A stretch of DNA of 64,000 bases from Eledone cirrhosa. Taxonomy: Eukaryota. Below, piece by piece: positions 55,539 to 64,000 of this stretch (position 1 is its first letter; each line of letters starts with the position of its first letter). Both the position numbers and the translations under genes were made by a program. The notes beneath the pieces were generated by a model that was given only the letters and a program-made list of their open reading frames with translations, ran no database searches and had not been told where the DNA came from. The stretch covers positions 408,270,001-408,334,000 of the forward strand of contig OZ024741.1 of the NCBI GenBank assembly GCA_964016885.1. The letters are read 5' to 3'.

Positions 55539-57752
55539 ATGGAATTCTTTAAGATTACTTCCTCTTTAAAATACATACCTCTACCTAGAAACAAAGACTT
55601 TATAAAACAATTAATAGATAAATCTGACTCTTTTATAAGGAGAATCAGGTGGCGAGCATTCCACTTTGATAAATCTAATATAAATAAAAATGTCTCGGAC
55701 TTAAACAAAGTTTTCAAATCCAAAAGAAATCCACCCCCCAACAAACTTTTATCTGACTTTGAAAACGATATAATTTCTATCATACAAGGAGTCAAATTCA
55801 AGAGAAACTTCAAAGGCCAGGAATATCTGAAAGGCATTGGGGATAATATTGAGAGCTTAGAGAAAACTGAGAAGATCTTGGTAAAATCTGACAAGACCAA
55901 CAACCTCTATAGAGTGCAGAAAGACATGTATAATGGCCTCATACTAAAGGAACTGAGGAAGAAGTACAAGGTAGCAGATAAGGCCGAGCTAGAGAAAATG
56001 AATGTTGAGGCAACTTGTATAATGCACGAGTTGGAAATTGAGAACAGAACACAACCTTTCGTGCCCAGGAAACCGAAGATCAATATGAAATATCACAAGA
56101 GAAATTTTGAGAATGACTTGCCAGTCAGATTGATTGCACCATCAAAATCGGACCTGGGTAAACTAAGCAAAAACATTCTTGACAGGGTGATACAGCAAAT
56201 TAAAAACTTGAGTTGTTTACCTAACCTGAGCTTGTGGAAGGGAACTGGTGAGGTTGTTGAGTGGTTTAAGCAAATTAAATATAACAATAATAATAAGTTT
56301 ATTCAACTTGATATTGCTAACTATTATTCTTCTATTACCCCTAATCTACTAAATAAGGCACTAAATTACGCATTCAAACATACAGACCTAACTAGCAATG
56401 AAATGCACATTATATTATCGGCTAGGAAAACATTGATAGAATTTAATGACCAACTATGGACCCGAGCAGATAGAGATAACAATTTTGACATTACTATGGG
56501 ATCATCCGACTCGGCTCAGGTAACTGACCTTGTGGGCTTATTCTTAATCAATTCGCTGCATAGGAAAATACCTGGTACTACCGGAGGTTTATATAGAGAT
56601 GACATGCTTTTACTTATTGATAATAATAACTCTGAACTAAATAGAAAAAGAAAACAAATTACACAATTTTTTAATCACTTTAATCTAAAAATAGAAATTG
56701 AGAATAACCATAGAATAGTCAACTTCCTAGATATAACATTACATCTCAACACATGTCTTCACTATCCATTTCACAAGTTGAATGAAAACTTAAACTATGT
56801 CAGCTTTAACTCTAACCACCCCAGATCTGTTAAAAATACTATAGTAAACTCTGTTCAAAAACGTATCTCTAGAATCTCATCTAATAAAAATATTTTCGAC
56901 GAAAAAGCCCAATATTACAATGAAGCGTTAGCTAGAGCAGGATATAGTGATAAAATTATGTACATAGATAATGATAAACAAATTAAACAAAATAACAACT
57001 ATTTTAATTACGGCCACAACCTTAACAACTATAATAGAAAGCATTACAATAATTCCAAAAGCCATAAAAGAAATAGAACTAGGAATATAATATGGTTTGC
57101 CCCCCCTTTCTCACTAAACATTAAAACCCACATCGCTAAACTATTTTTTAAAGCTCTTGATAATCGCTTCCCTAGAGCACATAGATATCACTCAATTTTC
57201 AATAGACATACTATAAAATTAACCTACTCATCCACCAAAAATTTAGCACAAAATATTAATAGAATAAATAATAGGAACTTAAAACCTAGCGATAATAGCA
57301 TAAATAATATCCAAGTGAACAAATGTAACTGTAGAGATAGATCTAAATGTCCGTTAAATAACAACTGCTTAGTTAAAAATATAATATACAACTGTAATGT
57401 TAAAACGGACGTTAATTCTTTTAACTACGTTGGTTCCACATCGACGGAATATAAACTTCGCTATAACAACCACAAGAATTCTTTCACAGATCCATCCAAA
57501 AAATCTTCAACAGCACTATCAGGCGTACTCTGGCAACTTAGGCATGATAACGTTAGATATTCGACGACTTGGAATATAGTTTCAAGAGGGATTCCTTTTA
57601 ATTCATCCTCTGAGACATGTGACCTCTGTGCGGAGGAGATATTCTTTATACTAAAATCTAAAAATTCCCTTAATCTACGGACAAATTTATTCAGTTGCTG
57701 CAGACATAGATTGAACTCAACTTTTAAATATAAATTTAAATTTAAAATGTAG
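55539..57752 (+). CDS. Penelope-like element reverse transcriptase + C-terminal GIY-YIG endonuclease, apparently intact, Hydra-clade-like
   Basis: Uninterrupted 737-aa ORF. RT motifs: KSDKTNN, QLDIANYYSSIT, FDITMGSSDSAQVTDLVG, GLYRDDML, NFLDITL, SNHP. Linker CNCRDRSKC (CxCx5C). GIY-YIG-type NIIY...NYVGST...RYNNH, then CDLC and terminal CCRH. Confidence 0.95.
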   Translation: MEFFKITSSLKYIPLPRNKDFIKQLIDKSDSFIRRIRWRAFHFDKSNINKNVSDLNKVFKSKRNPPPNKLLSDFENDIISIIQGVKFKRNFKGQEYLKGIGDNIESLEKTEKILVKSDKTNNLYRVQKDMYNGLILKELRKKYKVADKAELEKMNVEATCIMHELEIENRTQPFVPRKPKINMKYHKRNFENDLPVRLIAPSKSDLGKLSKNILDRVIQQIKNLSCLPNLSLWKGTGEVVEWFKQIKYNNNNKFIQLDIANYYSSITPNLLNKALNYAFKHTDLTSNEMHIILSARKTLIEFNDQLWTRADRDNNFDITMGSSDSAQVTDLVGLFLINSLHRKIPGTTGGLYRDDMLLLIDNNNSELNRKRKQITQFFNHFNLKIEIENNHRIVNFLDITLHLNTCLHYPFHKLNENLNYVSFNSNHPRSVKNTIVNSVQKRISRISSNKNIFDEKAQYYNEALARAGYSDKIMYIDNDKQIKQNNNYFNYGHNLNNYNRKHYNNSKSHKRNRTRNIIWFAPPFSLNIKTHIAKLFFKALDNRFPRAHRYHSIFNRHTIKLTYSSTKNLAQNINRINNRNLKPSDNSINNIQVNKCNCRDRSKCPLNNNCLVKNIIYNCNVKTDVNSFNYVGSTSTEYKLRYNNHKNSFTDPSKKSSTALSGVLWQLRHDNVRYSTTWNIVSRGIPFNSSSETCDLCAEEIFFILKSKNSLNLRTNLFSCCRHRLNSTFKYKFKFKM

Positions 57753-59034
57753 TTATGTTTGATTTGATTTCTAATTATTTATGAAACTAGCCGATAAATC
57801 TTTCGATTTCTTCTTTTTATTAAAACATTCTTTTTATTAGAACATTTTTCATGAATAATTAAACTACCCTAAAAGCTGATGCTCCAAATATATCGAATTA
57901 AATTTTACACTAGATAAACTTCTATATTAAATATAAGAACATATGTAGACCAAACGGGTATCCTAAACTTTTGGAATGATTTCTGCTAGACAGGATTTGG
58001 TAAATAATTTTTGTTTTATCTGTTTCGACTCTGATGCTTATGATGAACTTGGCAATATATTGTCAATTAAATTTGAAAGGCTGATCTTTGTGGCCGATTT
58101 GCGTGGCATACTATGTTTTATCTTTATTATTTTTTAATATTTTGTAATATTTTTATTTTTAATATTAAATGTTTTAGTTTTCTGTTTATTTATTTATTTT
58201 CTTGTCCCTGATATTTTTATTTTTATTTTTATTTTATTTTTATTAATATATTGAAATCTGTTCTCTATTTCTGCTTGATCGACAATCATGTAGAGTAAAG
58301 ACAAGGATAGTATTGTTAAAATTAATATAGACTCTATATATATGTGTATATATACACACATATATGTATACTTGAATTTTTATAGCACAATGAGAATGTT
58401 TTCGTGTGAATTGGGAGTTTTTTTTATAATTATGATATAAACATATGAATTTTTAAAAACTAGACATAAGATCATTACTTTTCACACATTATAGATACAT
58501 ATCTCATTCATGAATACTGATATTTACATTATAGTGCCTGTTTTATACGAACTAATATTTTCTACATGATGAAACATAGGGTTTTTAAATTCTGCCTCGT
58601 TTATGTCTGGTTATTTTTCATTTTCTCTTTTTCATTTTCTCTTTTTTCTCTCTATATAACGGCTATTTTCTCTCTTAACTACATACATCTCTCTTTACAT
58701 TAATACTAGAGCTAAATAAATAAATAAATAAATAAATAAATGTATCAACTGATACTCAACTACCTAGTTTCTCTATCTATCTCTTTCTTTTTTCCTCTCT
58801 CTATATATCTCTCTCTGTTTCTTTACATGAAGTTCTTCTCTTTATCTATCTTTCTATATCTCTCTATATTTAGTCACATGCATTTCTTCTTTTTCTTCGT
58901 TTTTCTTTCTTTCTTTCTTTCTCTCTTTCTTTTTACAACTGTCCACAATATTTTTTACTGCCAAATCAACTTCACAAATGCAAGTCAATTGAAAGTTATG
59001 TCGTATCTATTTATTTATAAGACTGTTTATATTG

Positions 59035-59100
59035 TATTTTGTCTGAAGAAGGCATAACATATTGTTAATATGATATCCCTGAAATATATATAATGAAATA
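59035..59100 (+). ncRNA. Type I minimal hammerhead ribozyme (3' pLTR), family A
   Basis: Same fold as 55294-55359. Predicted cleavage after 59092. Confidence 0.85.
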
Positions 59101-59298
59101 AATATGGTTTTATAAATATAGTTTCCATTTATTTAATATCATAAATATACTCCAAATACTTGTTGAGTGCTTTTATATCAGTTATAAATATTTACTCGTT
59201 GTTAACCCAACAATTTAAATATAACTTTCCATAATATATATATATATATAATATATATATATATAATATATATATATATATTATATATATATATATAT

Positions 59299-59330
<32 letters not shown>

Positions 59331-60641
59331 ATTATATATATATATGTATAATATATATATATTTATTTACTCTTGGAGCAACAGATTCGAAAAGGTTAGC
59401 ATTTCTTTGTTTATTTTTCATATATGAATATTGATTGTTCCTTATATCTCATTCTGTTATTTTGCCCGAGAAAATATCTGTGTGTGTCATCAAATGTTGT
59501 ACACACATAGATATTTTTTCAATTTCCAATTGAGTTCTTAGCACGTGGCCTGAATTCATTTCAGTATTCATTGTCATGGGCATGTATTGTTTTTTTGGCG
59601 GTAATTTACTTCCTCAATTTTTGAAACAGTTTGAGCACTTCTTTAAAACTGCTAGACTGGCAACCTAACAGATACCTCAGGCACAGAGGATGATGATTAT
59701 CGCTAAATACTGATGTTGGTTAGATTATCAATATTAGTATTATTGGGGCACCCACTGATGAATTATAGGAGCCCACTTGAATATATATCTATTGATGGTA
59801 TACAAGTTCCTACATAAATTGGTATAATTTCACCCAAATTGTAGGAATCCTATAATGAAACGAGACGTCCGTCTGGGAAGAGATATATTAGATATGTCTC
59901 ATATGAAATAATACAGCCAATTTTCCACGCAATACTTTTAGTTAGCACCCCGAACGCATAATTGGGAATATAATCACTTATTTCCTAATGTTTGTTGAGT
60001 GAGTTGGAATTTAGTCGGAGGATCGCTGAAAAGCTTTCTCCGATATTGTATTTATTTATATATAATATATATATATATATATAATATATATATATATAAT
60101 ATATATATATATTATATATATATATAATATATATATAATATATATATATAATATATATAATGTATATATATATAATATATGTATATATATAATATATGTA
60201 TATATATAATATATGTATATATATATATATTATATATATAAATATTATATATAATATATATATATATTATATATATATACAATATATATATATAATATAT
60301 ATAATATATATATATATAATATATATATATATAATATATGTATATATATAATATATGTATATATATATATATTATATATATAAATATTATATATATAATA
60401 TATATATATATAATATATATATATATAATATATGTATATATATAATATATGTATATATATATATATCATATATATAAATATTATATATATAATATATATA
60501 TATATAATATATGTATATATATATATATTATATATATAATATATATTATATATATAATATATGTATATATATATATATTATATATATAATATATATTATA
60601 TATATAATATATATATATAATATATAATATATATATATAAT

Positions 60642-60673
<32 letters not shown>

Positions 60674-60752
60674 ATATATATAATATATATATATAATACA
60701 TATATATAATATATATAATATATATATATATATATAATATATATATATATAA

Positions 60753-61667
60753 TCTATATATATAAAACTGTGGTTGTCTGTCTGTCTATCGATTTTTGGC
60801 ACACACCTCCTCTTAGAATCTGTCTCGGAATTGCACCGAAATTGCTATACTTGTACATTGAACCCTAGCGAAGACATCGGAAAAAAAAATATTTCAAATT
60901 GACCCACCCTATGTGACGAAATCGAATATAATGTATCGATTTTTAAGCGTAAGTTATCAGTTATTTCCCTTTGTTCTGTTTACATTGAGCGTCTTACGTA
61001 AAAAATTACGCTGGCTTTAACAGTTGTCGAGCCAGCAAAATATTGACCTGCAAAATTCATCAGTTCGAACACTAAGCTTCCGTTTTGCTTCATTTCCATT
61101 TAAAAGCATTTTAAAACAATATTTTTACTTGAAAACAAGTCTATTTAAAGACTACGTAAAACAAGCAAATATTTCGTCGTTAGGCGTGCAGACAGACAGT
61201 CGTGCAGACAGACAGTCGTGCAGAGAGGTGATATACGCGTGCAGACAGATAGTCGTGCAGAGAGGTGATATAGGCGTGCAGGCAGACAGTCGTGCAGAGA
61301 GGTGATATAGGCGTGCAGACAGACAGTCGTGCAGAGAGGTGATATAGGCGTGCAGACAGACATAACTGATAATTTGGTTACGCTAATGTTTTTCTCTGCG
61401 TTGCAGTGTTTACATTTTCGATCTTTGTTAATAAATAACCAGTGCAGTTTCTATCCCCAGCATCCTCTTTTGTTATAACATTCGGGTTATCGTTATGTTT
61501 TCTTAACTTCATAAGGCATATTGTTGGTTGAGGGAATATTAATCAAAAACACCACATGCAAGTCTGCACAGTAGACACTACAGTTTTTAAGCCAAGAAAG
61601 AAACTTAACATTGTAACTTTAACACAGCTACTGAGCGACCCCGAGCAACGCCGGGCTTTACTGCTAG
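60753..61667 (+). mobile_element. Non-autonomous Helitron with an internal ~37-bp minisatellite (61183-61343)
   Basis: A|TCTATATATATAAAAC...GTCTGTCTGTCT start. CCCGAGCAACGCCGGGC...CTAG|T end. Confidence 0.85.
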
Positions 61668-61758
61668 TATATATATATATAATATATAATATATATATAT
61701 AATATATATATATATATATAATATATATATTATATATATATATTATATATATTATATA

Positions 61759-61805
<47 letters not shown>

Positions 61806-61838
61806 AATATATATATAATATATATATAATATATATAT

Positions 61839-61894
<56 letters not shown>

Positions 61895-62062
61895 TATATA
61901 ATATATATAATATATATATATAATATATATAATATATATATATAATATATATAATATATATATATAATATATATAATATATATATATAATATATATATAA
62001 TATATATATATAATATATATAATATATAATATATATATATAATATATATATATATATATAAT

Positions 62063-62139
<77 letters not shown>

Positions 62140-62190
62140 TATATAATATATATATATAATATATATATAATATATATATAATATATATAT

Positions 62191-62225
<35 letters not shown>

Positions 62226-62402
62226 ATATATATATATAATATATATAATATATATATATAATATATATAATATATATATATAATATATATAATATATATA
62301 TATAATATATATAATATATATATATAATATATATATAATATATATATATAATATATATAATATATATAATATATATATAATATATATATATAATATATAT
62401 AT

Positions 62403-62450
<48 letters not shown>

Positions 62451-62627
62451 TATATAATATATATATATAATATATATAATATATATATATAATATATATA
62501 ATATATATATATAATATATATAATATATATATATAATATATATAATATATATATATAATATATATATAATATATATATATAATATATATAATATATATAA
62601 TATATATATAATATATATATATAATAT

Positions 62628-62672
<45 letters not shown>
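61668..62672. repeat. 1-kb complex (TA)nA array (similar arrays 53250-53845, 54342-54957, 59232-59360, 60055-60752)
   Basis: TA runs punctuated by single extra A (or T), with local higher-order periodicity. Confidence 0.9.
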
Positions 62673-62677
<5 letters not shown>

Positions 62678-62881
62678 CACACACACACACATATATACAC
62701 ACACACATACACACGCGTACATCAACATACAAAGAGACTTATATATACACACACACACACACACACGCACTTCTCCGTATAAGACAAAAGCTGAAAAATA
62801 TCTTTTGACATGCTAAAATACCCCCCCATTGCTTTCAGACACATTCTTACTGACCATCCCTGTCACCACGAATTACTCTGC

Positions 62882-62938
<57 letters not shown>

Positions 62939-63008
62939 ATCTTAATAGCAAATTTGACACACATCGCTGCTAACCATTATCACAACATCGAACGCCTTAC
63001 TACTACTA

Positions 63009-63066
<58 letters not shown>

Positions 63067-63596
63067 TTGTTGTGAAAGAGTCATTTCTCAATCTTGGCGC
63101 AAAACCAATTTTTTATTCACATGACCTCTACCGACCAATCAAAATTGTTTTGACCACAAGAATTTTTGCTGGAGTCACTTTTTTAACATAAAAACAGTCT
63201 TGGCGCAAAATCAATTTTTTACATTCACATGACCTCTACCGACCAATCAAAATTGTTTTGACCACAAGAATTTTTGCAAATTGGAGCCACTTTTTTAACA
63301 TAAAAACAGGTAGAATTCCCAAAACTAATCAGATCAGAGCAAACAGCACGGACACTCTATCTCAAAATTATTTTTGAAAAGCATTTAAAAATGTGCAACC
63401 GGTAAAAACTTAAAAACTTAAAACCACAACTGAATACTAACCCATACAATCACTAATACTCTTTTATTCCTAATTAAACCATTTTTCAACTGTGAACAAT
63501 TTGTCAGCATTTTCTATTCCGTTTACCAATATATAATAACTTGTGTGTTACACCTCTATTCTTTTAACTATCATATCCTCACACGAGATACAGAAA

Positions 63597-64000
63597 ATGC
63601 CAACATTAACGGATACAACCCTCATCAACTCAAATGAAGAGATCCTAGAGGAACTCAAGAAAATCAACACCAACCTATCTTTGCTGGTCGACAAACTTGA
63701 CTCCACAAATAAGGAAACCGCCACCGGATACAAACCCTCCGAAATCGGCGACAAACTCCAAAACCTTTGCGATACTATCCAAACTATGTTCACTACTACC
63801 AACCCAGGAAAAACCAACGAAGAACCATGTGAGATTGATTCACACCAAATGAAAATTCGAACAATTCCAAAATGGAAAATATCCCTCAGAGACAGAAAGT
63901 TCTCATTCTGGAAGATGATACAAAACCACAACAAAGCAGAGATATATGAAAAATGGCTTAACTCAACCCCTCTAACTCTCCCCCGTAAACTACAAATAAA
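63597..64000 (+). CDS. Open ORF running off the window end; probably ORF1 or the N-terminus of a retroelement protein, function unknown
   Basis: ATG at 63597 with 134 codons and no stop (MPTLTDTTLINSNEEILEELKKINTNLSLLVDKLDS...FWKMIQNHNKAEIYEKWLNSTPLTLPRKLQI). Coiled-coil-like start. The upstream 63285-63567 region is repeated at 34537-34810. Confidence 0.55.
   Translation, partial: MPTLTDTTLINSNEEILEELKKINTNLSLLVDKLDSTNKETATGYKPSEIGDKLQNLCDTIQTMFTTTNPGKTNEEPCEIDSHQMKIRTIPKWKISLRDRKFSFWKMIQNHNKAEIYEKWLNSTPLTLPRKLQI

Larger units (their letters stand above)
54961..59232 (+). mobile_element. Full-length PLE with tandem pseudo-LTRs inserted in (TA)n
   Basis: Near-identical direct repeats 54961-55491 and 58697-59232 (ACATTAATACTAGAGCT...ATAACTTTCCAT) flank the RT-EN ORF. 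TA arrays lie on both sides. Confidence 0.92.

Noticed and set aside
59745-59790. CTGATGA motif as a hammerhead
   Set aside because: No stem II, GAAA or stem I partner was found.
61730-62770. Long Ile/Tyr ORFs (and all YIYI, VCVC, THTH and SLSL ORFs in the track)
   Set aside because: They are translations of TA, CA and CT microsatellites that happen to lack stop codons.

Overview
AT-rich, microsatellite-dense eukaryotic DNA with no confidently identifiable host gene. The SINE and LINE content resembles an octopod (cephalopod) genome, which is my inference. The window is dominated by Penelope-like retroelements (PLEs) sitting in (TA)n tracts. One copy looks intact (737-aa RT + GIY-YIG ORF at 55539-57752, flanked by ~535-bp direct pseudo-LTRs that each carry a type I hammerhead ribozyme), and three copies are decayed or truncated. 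There are also many short non-coding pLTR/fold-back derivatives belonging to about eight hammerhead sequence families. Other content: Helitrons (one internally deleted RepHel copy and several non-autonomous copies), RTE and REL-endonuclease LINE fragments, a decayed mariner, about 20 copies of one tRNA-derived SINE, and several satellites. The most interesting signals are: (i) a hammerhead whose predicted cleavage leaves a (UA)4 3' end matching the (TA)n target and the TATATATAA unit of neighbouring complex arrays; (ii) a recurrent arm-arm-tail fold-back architecture; (iii) inverted duplications of flanking DNA centred on (TA)n; and (iv) a tRNA-headed element with PLE-like fold-back structure. 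Ribozyme folds were read by eye and are not computed.
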